A DNA stretch of 64,000 nt from Phoronis australis (Eukaryota > Animalia > Phoronida), in NCBI GenBank assembly GCA_002633005.1, contig NMRA01000184.1, positions 685,255 to 749,254 of the forward strand. Direction: 5' to 3'. Position 1 is the stretch's first letter. The number at the start of each line of letters is the position of its first letter. Below the pieces are notes generated by a model, which did no database searches, was not told the DNA's origin, and saw only the letters and a program-made list of their open reading frames with translations. The position numbers were made by a program, and so were the translations under genes. This document shows positions 1-12,447 of this stretch, in pieces.

Positions 1-522
1 AATATGGATATTCAAAAAGGAATGAAACTGCCTTTCTGGAAGTGTTTCTAATGGGACATATTTAATAAGTTGACAAAAATGTAAGAGAGTGTGGAGTGGA
101 TTAAAATCTTATTAATGATAATGATGACATTGGGTGTGCATATTTTAGTATGGTAGCATATGTGTACATTAAGTCAATTCATTAACGACCATTAAATTGG
201 AGCAGAAGAGTTTGAGCCGCTAACACACGTAAGTTTATATTTTAAAAATATTCGCTGACGCTAGCATTCTTTCTAATGGATATCACCAGACCTGGAAAGT
301 TAAAGATTTGCGGGAGTATAAGTTTCAGGTTTTCATCATTCAGTATGTTAATGAATATGACCTCGTGAACCCTCTCTATTTCTGAGCTTGTGATAATAAT
401 GTTAAGAGAGCATAAGAACCTGCTTTTGTGAACTTGAAATGCTGGACTTTTATAATATTAAATGCTTGAAGATATATCTAGCTAAACAGGAAAAATTAAT
501 TTCCACCCCTGACACGTGACAG

Positions 523-563
523 GATGGCTCATGGCCCGGATTTCTGTTCTTGGGTTTTTCCAC
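523..563 (+). CDS. Candidate internal exon of the SLC18-like transporter ((R)WLMARISVLGFFH)
   Basis: AG at 521-522 and GTAAGT at 564. The exon ends in phase 0, matching the next exon. It sits where VMAT has 'RWLCALLG...'. The polypyrimidine tract is weak. Confidence 0.45.
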
Positions 564-784
564 GTAAGTCAATAAGTAGCACGCATAATATTTTACCTTT
601 TCATCCATTTATAAAGAAAAAGGCTTTAAAAAGTCGAAGTGCTGTAATCTAGGTAATCTGGTTAATTTATATGATATGACATACCTAAAATGTAACCGAA
701 ATGGTTTCGTCCACGTGAACTATACTGAGTAGACAAATACAATCTACCCGTTTTTTTCTACACTGCCAGTATTTGTTTTTTCAG

Positions 785-968
785 TATCCTTTATGTCAAA
801 CTATTTGGCAAGTGTTTGGGCCTGAAATTGCCGTGCGAATTGGCCACGGCACTGTCCTGTGTGTGATAAGCCCTCTCTTGGGTCATATAGCAGACATCCG
901 TCACAGATCAAACTATGGAGCAACCTACGGCCTATACACTGCTTCTTACAACTTTGGGCTCAGTGCGG
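785..968 (+). CDS. SLC18 (VMAT/VAChT-like) MFS transporter, penultimate coding exon
   Basis: Acceptor TTTTTTTCAG and donor G|GTAAGT. The translation YPLCQTIWQVFGPEIAVRIGHGTVLCVISPLLGHIADIRHRSNYGATYGLYTASYNFGLSAG resembles VMAT '[21 protein letters not shown]...GYAIG'. Confidence 0.8.
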
Positions 969-3394
969 GTAAGTAGGCTTTCAAGACACTTGTTTACTCA
1001 TCGCTATGTATGGCTCCAAACCTATCAGTTGTTAGCGCGTTCTGATTTTACTCGTTAGTGCGTTAGGTGGAATGGATGGGAGATGAAATCTCAAAAACAT
1101 TGTTACAGCTTTCTACAATATCGTTTCGTTATATTTTATGCAACTTTGGATTTTTTTCATAGCTCCTCGCCTAAAATCGTTCTTAGAAGCGTTTTGGAGA
1201 ACAGGGCATACAGCTTTTAAGATTGGTTTCATAAATTTTCATATGAATTTGATCAGGCACATCTGATATGAAGTTCCAAAATTAGTTAAATTTAAAGATT
1301 TTTAGGATCATACGAAACTTTAATTGCAAGCTGGTCCGTTGTTAGCACGATCGGCCTTTATTCATACGAACGATATGCAGATCTAACATTTTCAAAGCCC
1401 GCCCTCTAGTGCCGCAGTGCATTTTGGGATAGACCACCTTGCACTGTCCCGGATATTAATGGTGGCTTGGTGCTGGTGGATTTACTTGTTCTGTGCTTGG
1501 ATATTCCAATAACAACAGGAAACAATGGCATCTTAAGTAAAAAATTGTATTAATAATCGAACCAAATTGGTTCCGTGTTACGAATCGATAATCGATATTG
1601 TCGCGATTGTAAGTCGCGTGCCCTTATTTGGACACTTTTCTAGTAGGACTTTTCAATGAATAAACTGTTAAAAGAGACGGAAGTGTGTTGTTGCTGAAAT
1701 TTCATACGACACTTCCGATTCCTGGCAATCCGTTATTCAGTTGTGACGTCACTGGTTCAGCTAGAACATGTTGATTATTTAGACTTCACACATTTGTAGA
1801 AAATAGACGGCCGCCCACTTGACAATTTCATACGTGAACTTGATTTAGATAATGAAAGGGGCAGTGAAATCTATTGTTGTCGACACTGTGATGTTTGACG
1901 TAAATAATGCAAGGAAATACGATCTCGACAGAGCCCTGTGAGTGGGACTTAGAAAGGCCTCTCGTTTCTACTGCCTCCTGTCGGCGTGGCTGGCCATTAG
2001 TGGGACTTAGTAGAAAGAACGGTAGAAATAAACCAACAAATGGGAATATGAATGCTGTGATATTGCCTTTATGTAACCCGAATTCACTTCATCATGTCGA
2101 TTTCTATGTTAGTTCACTTTTGCTGATCTCATCCAATTACGGGATTTCAATTTGAAGCTGATTTGCTGCGCCACCTGGCGTACATAGACTACCAACATTT
2201 ATGGTTTCGAAGGACCCTAGAAAAATACCCAAATCTGTCTAACAACTGGAACGTCATATCTGACTTGGAAATGGCTGACCGGATTCACATGAAACACTTA
2301 ACATATTTTGCTTCTTGCACTCTTCTCCAAAACGCTATTAAGAATTGTTTCTAAAATGTTCCACACTTGCATGAGGGATATTAAAAAACAAGATTTTTAT
2401 GTTTGTTGTCACACAGCTCAAAAGTTGCATGAAAAGAAAAAGAAACGATATGTGTCTGGTGTATCCAATAGGTGATTTATATTAAAAGCTAATACTGGTA
2501 GTGTTGTGACTACAAAGCAGGATGCGAGTGGGTAGGATTGGGAGGGAGAGAGATAATTGTAGGGACGCAGCATCATTTCTCGGTAAAACGATTCTTGACT
2601 GGGAGGTAAAAGGAGTGGCACCCGTGGTCAGTAAGGAGATTTGTTGACCAGACGCCATCCGATTGTAAAAATTCTAGTCCAACCCCTGATCTGAGTAGCT
2701 TTGGAACAGAAAAGCTAGCCTGTAGCACTGAACTCGTGACACGTCGGCTCAACTGATCAGTATTTTCCACGTTGTGAACAGCGAATGGCCTAAAACCTAG
2801 CCCGCGAGAATAGTGTGTATCTCTTGGTATATGAGAATTGCAGCCTCCTGATTATGATGTTCTGAGCCAGTTATAGAAGAACCTTGTGCGATATTGGAAT
2901 TCCTACTTCACCAATAGATATTAGAATTTAGAACGATTCGATTTGTTAATAATACAGACTATAGCACTGAATTGTACTAAAAATGGTGTTTTCATTTCAG
3001 CATGTAAAATGCTCTAATTGAAGGGACTACATAGTCTCATAACAGCGAAATAGTGTTGTCTTTACTGGTGTACCTTTAAATTCATAAGATCACTTCTTTC
3101 TTACATGAATTCTAGATTGATCAGCGTAAGTTAGACCAAAAACGCGAAATTTCGGAAACAATCTTTTCCTGGTCGCAAATAGGTTTTATGGTCGTTAAGC
3201 AAAGGCCGAATGCACGTCAGTTTTCAGCAGGCATAGTTGGCAAGATTAACTGTGGTTTCGCCTCGGGGACTCACAAGCTACATGCATACGTGGCGATGCA
3301 GAATAGTGTGTACAATAGTGGAGAGGCATTATGAGTACGATTGGAGTGTCTATAACTATAAGAGCCCAGAGTAACGATCTTAATTTACTTGCAG

Positions 3395-3579
3395 GTCCCG
3401 TTGTAGGCGGCTTACTTGCAAACACCGTGCCTTTTGAGTGGATCTATCGCACCACAGGAATAGTGATAGTTATGTATTCAGCCACATCTATCGTCTTTCG
3501 CCATAAGTTGTTGCAACAAACACGTGACGCCGCAAAACGGTTAAGTCAGCAACCTATAGCTCGAACATGTGAGGAATAG
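3395..3579 (+). CDS. SLC18-like transporter, last coding exon
   Basis: Acceptor TTTACTTGCAG joins exon 785-968 in phase 1, giving G-PVVGGLLANTVPFEWIYRTTGIVIVMYS (compare VMAT 'GPSAGGAIAKAIGFPWLM'). Stop TAG at 3577-3579; AATAAA at 4097-4102. Confidence 0.8.
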
Positions 3580-5631
3580 TTGAAAACAGTTTGCTTCACT
3601 TCTAATACGTCAGTATGAAAGAATTTAGTTTTCTAAGAGAGATTGTAAATGACGCTTTATTCACACCTCAGTTTTCACCTTTGCATTCAAAACAAACCAG
3701 TCCTACACCTTACGCTTGAGTCCTGTCGATAGTAGTGTGCGCTTATAGTGCCTGTTGCCATGCTGTTGTATCTTTAAAACCCTTGAAGGACATTTATGAA
3801 ATGTGGATGGATCTTCATAGATTTTCGTATCATGTTATATGCTTCTATTTAAGCTAGGAGAGGACGACTGATATTGATCCCCGGATGTACATCTAAATGC
3901 CGTGGAAATATCAGTGAAGTGAGCACCCTTCATGTCATTATCATTTGTGGTGCACGTGATAGGCGCGTATCAACGCTTTGCGTTGCTCTTGTTAGGTAAT
4001 TTATTGTTGCGACATAGCTATACCCACGTTACGGTTGTTTGAATTTGAAACTTATTGTCTTTTAAAACAGAACTACGTGTAGTTGTTTACAGCGTCAATA
4101 AAATTGTTCAATATCTTTCTGTTTTTGGGCACCACTGATACACAAGTACACGGTTTCGTCCTTTCCACCAGCTTGAATATTAAATTTGGTGGAGTAAATG
4201 AATCAGTTCATGTGCGTTTCCCATGAAAGTGGACGGGAGTAAGGTCTGTTAGAACCGATGTTTTTCGAAATGTTTGCGCACATAGACTGGATAGCCAAAA
4301 GGCTGTCATGACCTCATTCTCAACATATTTAAGAATGTCAAAAATTCATTCTTGAGAACCATTTATGTTCAATTTTGGAGCGCATTGTAAGCTGTCGATG
4401 TTGTCAGTACGTTTGTTATCGAATACTGCATTAACCATCTACTAGCTATTTTAAGTGAAATGTACATTTTATTGTTCAGTGCCCATGGAGTGCATTATAC
4501 GTCAAATCAGCATGTTTACTGAATACTCTGCCACCCGAATGCGCACGAGCTACGCACGCTGAACTCGAACCTGTGGGACTCGTGTATTGCAAGGATCACT
4601 CTCAACTTCAGGATCATCTTAATCAGAGGGCCTACCAAGCACTTGCCCGGCATTTCCTACGCTGATCCAATAAGTTCCAAGGCATTTGGGGTCAGATATA
4701 AAATAAATGTAATGAAACGAGCTTAGACTCTCAGTGCCGGATTTACTTCCGAGTAAACCATCACTGCTACAATTAGGTGTGGGTCATCACCAAACAAAAC
4801 TAAGACCCTGTCTTGCCGATCCAGCGCAAGTTTCGTGGAAAGCAAAAAAGTGAGTGAGGAACAAGCCGATGTCAATAATAACCTTTCTTTTGAAGTGGAA
4901 CGCTTCCTGTCATGAGACTGGGTTAAGATGACGTTTCAGACACTGAATTTTGTCAGCAAAAAGCGAAAAGTTCCATGGTCTAGACTGTGGTATAGATACC
5001 CTCATTGGCAAACCCTCGAATTATCACTCATTGATAAGAAATTAATTTCCTCTCTGAAGAGCTGAACCGAAGCGCGGGCACAATTTGCTAGGCTAGTATG
5101 TATCGTGTAGACCTGGTAGATCACGGCGACATGGTTCGGCATGAATGCGAGTATCTGAAACACTATAGGCAACATTACTGTGTGAAAACTGTAATAGTTT
5201 TTTCGAATTGTACTGAAAAATAATTTAAGGCAACTTGAAAGCAATGTTAACAAGTGTTAAAATTGCTCTCCCAGTGGTTTTTGTGCATGATTGTGGAACG
5301 TTCATTTTCGAAGGATGAAACTTAAGAAAAACAAACTCGCAGCACAATCCAGGAAACAGCTTTTAAAACTCACTCACGAGTATAAAAACGAGACTCTGGG
5401 ATCTGTTGACTTGGGAGTTGATTCCTGGCCTCCTAGCTCGAAAATGCTTGTGTCAAGTATTTTAGAGTTTGCGAAAAAGTAAGATCACGCAATATACCAC
5501 GCAAAATCTCGTGAGTAAAAAGCGAGTGTTTTGCGAGTATGCTCGCTGAAGACTCTGGTTTAATTTACCCGGCGATAAGCAAAGCAACAAAAGATTCACT
5601 GTACTTCTCCAGTTCTTCCTTGTACATACCG

Positions 5632-5707
5632 ACTTTCACCGGCCTACTTTCACCGGCCTACTTTCACCGGCCTACTTTCACCGGCCTACTTTCACCGGCC
5701 TACTTTC
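5632..5707. repeat. 14-bp minisatellite (ACTTTCACCGGCCT) x~5.4
   Basis: Perfect tandem units are directly visible. Confidence 0.95.
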
Positions 5708-6399
5708 CCGTGTTGGTGGCAATACGACTCTCGATTGTTGGCGATGCGTCTCACAATAGGGCCGTCAAGTGTTACACAGCGACACTCGAATCTCGCTGCA
5801 TTTACCCACAATGTTGTAAATGAGTAGACTCAGGGTTTCGCGCCATTGAAGTTCCACATGTTCTCGGCTGCATTACTCTTTTCGTCCTTCCAACGCTTAA
5901 GATGTATTAGGCCTAGTGTTTTTCTATGGACTTCAACTCCGACTGGAGAAAGTTGAATAAACTTGACAAATATCTGCGGATGCGTGGCAAGTTAACATTT
6001 CTTGTTTTTATGGTTGATGTGCAGTTTTACGAATGGAATCCATGAGTGCCTTTTTGGCTAACAGGCGGATTCATTCTTAATTTTACCCCACATACACAGA
6101 ACAAATGTGCACATGGCTGCATATTGCCAACCTTCCGGGTGTTCCCCGTCCAGCGTCCCCTGTTGTGTCTCCAAAACCTCTTAGAGGATCTTCATGAAAG
6201 TTGAAAGATGCGTTCCTTCGGAGATGACTTTCGGCTGGATCCGACTGCAGGTGTGCCCCTTCTTGACAATGTTAATATTTTGTGGCTTTAACAGCTTTCG
6301 GAGTTCCTTGACAAAATGTAACGAAATTTAACAGCTACTGATCATTTTATTATTTACGAGGCTATTTCCGCTCGAAGGATTATTATGAATATGGGCAGT

Positions 6400-6740
6400 T
6401 GTGTTCCTGCCGAAAAGACCACATTTGACAGTGGTGTCCCCTAGTGACAATTTTGTAATTTCGTCTGCTGAAGTATCTTCTCAACCCCTGGCAAGATTTA
6501 TGTGAAATTTGGCAAATGTTTTTGTGTGAATGTGACGACTGAAGATTACGGTTTTCGGACGAATTTGACCACCGCTGTTTTCCTGGTGACAATTTTAGTT
6601 TCATTACATTTACCCCAGTATCTCCAGAGATCCGGGACAGACTATCATGAAATTTGGCAAAGAGACTTTCTATTAAGGAGACGACGACACTTTTCCATCT
6701 TTGGACGGATTTGACGCATTCTGCCTCGGCATTTTTTATT
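6400..6740. repeat. Dispersed repeat related to the core units at 34510-35580
   Basis: Shares the motifs CCTAGTGACAATTTT and ATGAAATTTGGCA with 34.6-35.6 kb and with about 17.0-17.3 kb. Confidence 0.5.
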
Positions 6741-8344
6741 TACGAGTACGTTTTTCTACTGCGGAGCCCCCAATTTTTGCGTCCACAACTGTGTATCTCC
6801 GGATATCTCAAACTTTATTCACAAAAATTGGTCGTTTTTACAATATTTCTCATAGGTCTAAGAAAAATACTTTATCTTCATTCTCAGGGAACTTCAAATG
6901 GGAAATATATACTGTGTAGCGAGAAAAAAGATTCAGCAGAACCACCTTGGAACCGCACAACCGCGTGGAAATTTGTTTAATACCATTTAGCCTAGGTCAA
7001 AGATTACAGGACTGCCTCTCAAATCGAATCTCCAGCCAAGCACAGAACGGTTCTGTAATAACCCTAGCTCAGTCCTTTCATTCACCGAGTCGCCGTAATA
7101 TTGAAACAACGAGGTGTGCATAGGATTGAAAGATACCGGGGAAATGTGTGTCTGCCTGCATACTATCGCTAAGAATGAATGACTTTATGTTCGCGAACAC
7201 AGCAAGTTATAGAAAAATAAAAGTCCTTACTCCAAATTTTAATCTGATATTTTCCGTTACGACCTCAAGCTCTCAACGACTCGAGTTCTGATGTCCATTT
7301 CGTAATTGGTTTCATGTCATTCTCCCAGCCCATTCACAAAAGTAAAACGTTTTAGTGTTAATTGAGTTATTTACGAAATGCAAATTCATTTGACATTGCG
7401 AGCAAATGTAGACAAGATGAATATGGCTAAGACATGTATAGGTTGTATTGACCAAGCACAAGTTTTCACCAAATGATTAAGCGAAAACCCCAAGGCATCC
7501 GATTTTTAAGACTCGCGAGGTTTTCCTCGACTTACTTTCAACTTAGGAACACAAGTTTTCAAAAAGGCTGGGTGAATTTCACTGAAACTTTGCGGCTTTA
7601 ATACTTATTCATCAATGTTAAAAATGCTGTTAGGATTTCCCTTTTAAATGCCTAGTTTTTGCGTACCGTAAGATAAACAACTACGACTGCCATTTTAAAA
7701 AATACCTTAAATTTTACAAGCTAATTTGACATAAAAACAAAGCTAAACGAGTAATCCAAAATTCCTAAAGCATTTTTGAGGTAACTTGTGAAATTTTCAT
7801 TTAAAAAGGGCTTCAATAAAATCTACCAAAGGGTTAATTTGCTATGGATGGACTTTTCTTAAAAATAAAATTTTGACTTTAAAAAGGTGTTAACGTAATA
7901 GTCTATAATAATAATAATAATGACACCTCAATATAAAGCATTAATCTGTGATCTTTTCTTTCAGAAAATGTATACTTTTACTAGTTAACGTAGCCTGTGA
8001 GTGTGTTAGACTGATGCGGTCACTAAATAAGGTTTGAGATAACTTGAACCCCTAACACGATTTCTGTGAATTTAGTTAGCAAGTGTTTTTGTGAGAATTT
8101 AACAACGTTGAGATGACAAAGACTTGGAATTATCTGACTACCGCTTTGGCCACTGATGAAAGTTTCAGGTTTTTACGCTTACCTCTTTATCTTCCGGAGT
8201 TCATGGACGGGTTTCGAGAAATTTGGCTCATAAGTTTTTATTAGGGAGACAACAATATTCCCATTTTTGGACAGGTGTGACCATGGACTTGTCATAGAAG
8301 CCGCCGGTTCGACATACCCTTCGCCACCTAGTAGCGGCCATTTG

Positions 8345-8495
8345 CATGGGCGGCGCACCATAAGGGGCTGGGGGGCTGTAGCCCCCCACTTTTTTCATGA
8401 GTGCTATGCCGCACGTGGCCTATAGGCAGTGCACCACAAGGGGGGGGGCTGAGGGGCTTTAGCCCCTCCACTTTTTTCAGTGCTGCGGCGCCAAT
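8345..8495. mobile_element. GC-rich MITE-like remnant
   Basis: Two GGGGGCT...AGCCCC(C) hairpin modules, bounded by GGCGGCGCA and TGCGGCGCC, which are inverted-like ends. Confidence 0.45.
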
Positions 8496-8675
8496 GATTT
8501 GTATGACGTCAATGAACACCTCTAGAAGGACACCGTTTGCGCCGCACTCGTGGGCGCACTTCAAATCTTTGCGTCGCTTTTGAGTCTTACTTTAAACTTT
8601 TGACCATTTTTGAGCCGTCGAACAAATACCGGTATATTTGCTCGTAAGCATGTACGTACGTGCGCACGTATGTTT

Positions 8676-8676
8676 G

Positions 8677-8713
<37 letters not shown>

Positions 8714-8717
8714 ATAT
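8676..8717. repeat. (TGTATA)n microsatellite
   Basis: Directly visible. Confidence 0.9.
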
Positions 8718-9476
8718 CCAGAGAAGTGCTGCCAAAAATCTATATCTCACAAGCTTGCAGAAGTGGCTGGACAGACCGACGCAGCCCGAAGGTTGCGTCG
8801 AGTGAAATGGGCACTATTTTAATTCTCGGCAAATGTTTTCCACAATCGCCTATTTTATAAGCATTTCTGCACGATCAGCCAGAGATGTCAACAATCTTTA
8901 ACGACAGTTTGCACCCTCGGTTTTCGTTGATGTCACGTGACTTCGACTGACGTTGCGATGACGCATGACCACTTCATTTATAAACACCGTCACGTTTCTG
9001 TTTGGGGAGATAACGTGATCGGACACACTAGCGGTGAGTCGCAATTTCTTCGTGTATTTCAAAAGTTGTTTCTGTTTACCAAAAATTCTTGAAGTCAGTG
9101 AGTGAAATGTTAAAACTTCCTGACATCGGGTAGGGAGGTCAACTCATTGGTGCACAGAATAACTATTCAATAGGCTAAGCTTTGAAGATTTAAAATGGAT
9201 TTAAAATTAATTGCCTTCAAGACGTTGCTCACAACGACGCATATCGATGCGATGTTGATTTTTATTTCATTTGCTAAGCACAACCTTGGTATCTTCAGTT
9301 TAAACAAAATGTTAAATTCCCTTTAGGCATACGAACTTTATTAACAGGAAAATGTGTCTTATTTACTAATTCGGCTTTTGTTTAGGTCAAAACGACAATA
9401 TTCCGCTTAGTGCAGGCTAGTGTTCGCTTACCCAGTTAATGTCCGGTCTTTCAGTTAACATTAACTATAAAGGACT

Positions 9477-9632
9477 TAATGCTGTAGTGGGGCGTAGGCG
9501 CACGAAGGCGCAGCCAACCTCCTTTTGGTATTTAAACGTAGCGCCTACGCACCGTAAGTTACGTTCAGTGCTCAAGGTGGTACGGCGAGCTTTGAGCGCC
9601 TACTTACCTCTTATTTTACCACTACAGCACTG
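9477..9632. mobile_element. Small MITE
   Basis: Inverted ends TGCTGTAGTGG (9480-9490) and CCACTACAGCA (9619-9629), with internal GTAGGCGC/GCGCCTAC inversions. Confidence 0.6.
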
Positions 9633-10380
9633 GAAGAACTGCTTTTCACATCGTGCCAGTACTCGCTATTCGGTTTGTTCGGCATAACTCATAACCGCGT
9701 TCTTTTCCCACGAAACTATCGTAATTCGGGCAGATAACCCGTCAACTCAAATCCGCCTTTCATGCACTAAGTCAAGTCTGTGATTTTTAGGTCATGTTTG
9801 CTTTCCGCTGATTGTTGCCTTCCAACAAGAAGCCCGAGTTCACGAACTTCGGTTATACTGTACACAGTTTTGTGTGTTCTAAACTGATTGTACTGAAGAT
9901 ATGTGAAGTTGATTTTTTCACTGTCTCTCATTTTGAATCCAATTACTGTACAACATATGTGACAAGACTTTCTTTTGTGCAGTGAAGAAGGTGCCAAATC
10001 TGTACTTTTACCATGCATGTTTTCTCAAAGAACACCAAACTTGTCTATTTGGCCACGACAATTCATTCACAAATTTGAATGAACACAATTCATTCGGTTG
10101 TAAATTTTGACAATTTCGCGCAAGTCCTCTACAAGTCTACCCTTTACTCGCACTGATTCCTATCGGCTACGCCTTCACAACATTTTATTAAAGGCGAATG
10201 CATTTGGACCCTGTCGTCAGACAGAAGAATCCCGTGCATTCACATTTCTCACCTTCCAATCAAACATGTGGAAAATTCTGTTTTGCTGGTATCTAGCGTT
10301 TTCGGAACGCACCAGAGAACCGCATCGAATGTCTTTAACTTACCAAAATGACGAAAATTCAAACGTTGGAAAGCACAGAA

Positions 10381-10870
10381 TTTTTTGCCAAATTACATAG
10401 GCTTTATTTATCAGCTTGAGTGGGTGACGTTCATTGTGTGGACTACAATTCCTGAATGATTGTTCTTATATAATTTACGCCCGCTTTAAATGGAATTAAT
10501 CCTCTTTTTCCTACATAATCTCGATAACTGGGTGTCCAATGTTCCCGGTTAGTATTATTGAGTTCCTGGGTTCGATTCTTGGTTGGGACAAGCGATTTTT
10601 AAGCTGACAAATAAAGCCTATGTAGTTTGGCGAAAAAAATAAGGTGATAGACTGAGTTTTCGCCAGGTTTACTGTATGGTCTACCATTCCCGAGTGGCTG
10701 AACGCAGCAAGTATGCCAGGAACTGAGTAAAATGCATCGCATGTTCTCGAAATGGTTTCGATAACTCTGTGCTCAGAATGTCCGGTTAGTATTCGGGAGA
10801 TCGTGGGTGCGATTACTACCGGGCAATAGGCGATTTTTTTTTCAAAACTGGCGAATGAACCCTATGCAAT
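10381..10870. repeat. Foldback element with two tRNA-derived (SINE-like) units
   Basis: An inverted repeat of about 37 bp at 10381-10417 and 10601-10638. Two related units at about 10520-10625 and 10760-10870 contain CCGGTTAGTATT...GGTTCGATT (B-box-like) followed by a T-run. Confidence 0.55.
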
Positions 10871-12256
10871 TAGGTAAAAAATACTGGGCTTTCGAAAACG
10901 AACTTTCGTCATTCAGTACTTTGTCATTCCAGTAACCTGTAGTTACCCATCGCCATCGGGCATTGTTTACTGTACTATTCGTATCTTCTAAATTTTGAAG
11001 GCATAATCTAATTGATTCCGGTCTATACCTTTGTGTAGATGCAAGACACGAGTGAGAAAACCTAATGTGATCACGTACTTCGCTTGTACTGCATGAGAAT
11101 ATCTTGGGAAGGCTTGCGTAATCTTGCAGTTTTACGAGTTTCATTGGTTTGCGGAACGAAGCACGGGATTTCCAAGTGATTTGATTGTAACACTTACTGT
11201 TTTCTCTTCGCTTTCACCACCAGCGGATTATCCAAAGAGCAAAAAATACAAATTCTGTGTCATTTTTAAAGGAAGTACTAGAGAACAAATAGAGATGTGT
11301 AATTGTGCAGACCCAAATTGTCGCAACATTTCACATTCAATTTGTTCAAATCGTCAAAGTTTGGGTCAGCTCCAAATTTAATGTCACCATTTGCCCCAAT
11401 TGTCACAACGATTTTTTGTGACAATTTGGGCCTGCACAGTGCAGGTATGAGATTTTTCTAAGAGACAGCGCAGCGTCTAAACCCAGTCCTTGTTTATTGA
11501 GTGCCGAGAACACTGGTGAACGGGGAAACGTGGCGAGTTTAAGTGTGCAAATCCTTGTTTTTAGCGTTTCAAATTGGTTTTGAATTATGCAGATTGTGCG
11601 AATTTTCACAAAGTTTCGAATTTTTCAATAAACAATTCTAGTTTCGATCGACAAAATTAATTCTGACAAAAGTTGGCGGTGTTACGGCCGCGACTAACTT
11701 CATTACTAAAAGTGATGCATGAACGTTATTTGCCAGGATACGATAAACATAAAACGAATGCGGTAAGTTGTGGTCTGAATGTCTCCTGTAGAGGTCACAT
11801 CCTACTTATTCAAGAATTTATAATAATGTTATATTCCACTGGTGATCGCGTGTTGTATAAACACACATATTGCACAAGTCATAGTTCATTAACTGACACA
11901 GGAGTGGGCAATGGAGGAGGTGTAAGGACCCGGGAAGTGGCAGCGTGAAGACTGAAATGTTGCTGAATCGAGTTCCCGCTTGTGTAAATATCGGTTCTTT
12001 CCAAGCCGCAAGTCAAAACCGCGCACATGAAGTTATAAATCTTACTTAATTCTGCTTTGATAGAACTGCACAATCTTCATTTCTTAAAGTACGCAAACAA
12101 AAGTTCTGCGCTAGTCAAACTGTCATATCCGTAATTTGGGAATTTATTGTAAACCGAGTAAAGCGAAAATCCGCAAAAGGGTTCTAGGCGCCGGCTGTTT
12201 TAGAAATTTCCAGCAGTAAATTGGTGGGAGCGAAAATACCACAGCCAAGACTATCG

Positions 12257-12447
12257 CAGACGGAGAGTGACGAACTACCTGCCTCATGTGAATGATAGCA
12301 GAGATGGCAGCTCAAGTCCACGCGTGAGAACATCGATAATTATCCGCTGGCTCATGCAATTGTTCTTGCCTTGAAATGAGCTAACTGTCAACTCCGCTTT
12401 TGATCACTGGAGACAAACAACCGAGCTTCTACGTAGCTCTCCGTCTG
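12257..12447. repeat. Short element bounded by an inverted repeat
   Basis: CAGACGGAGAG(TG)ACG at the left and CGTAGCTCTCCGTCTG at the right. Confidence 0.45.
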
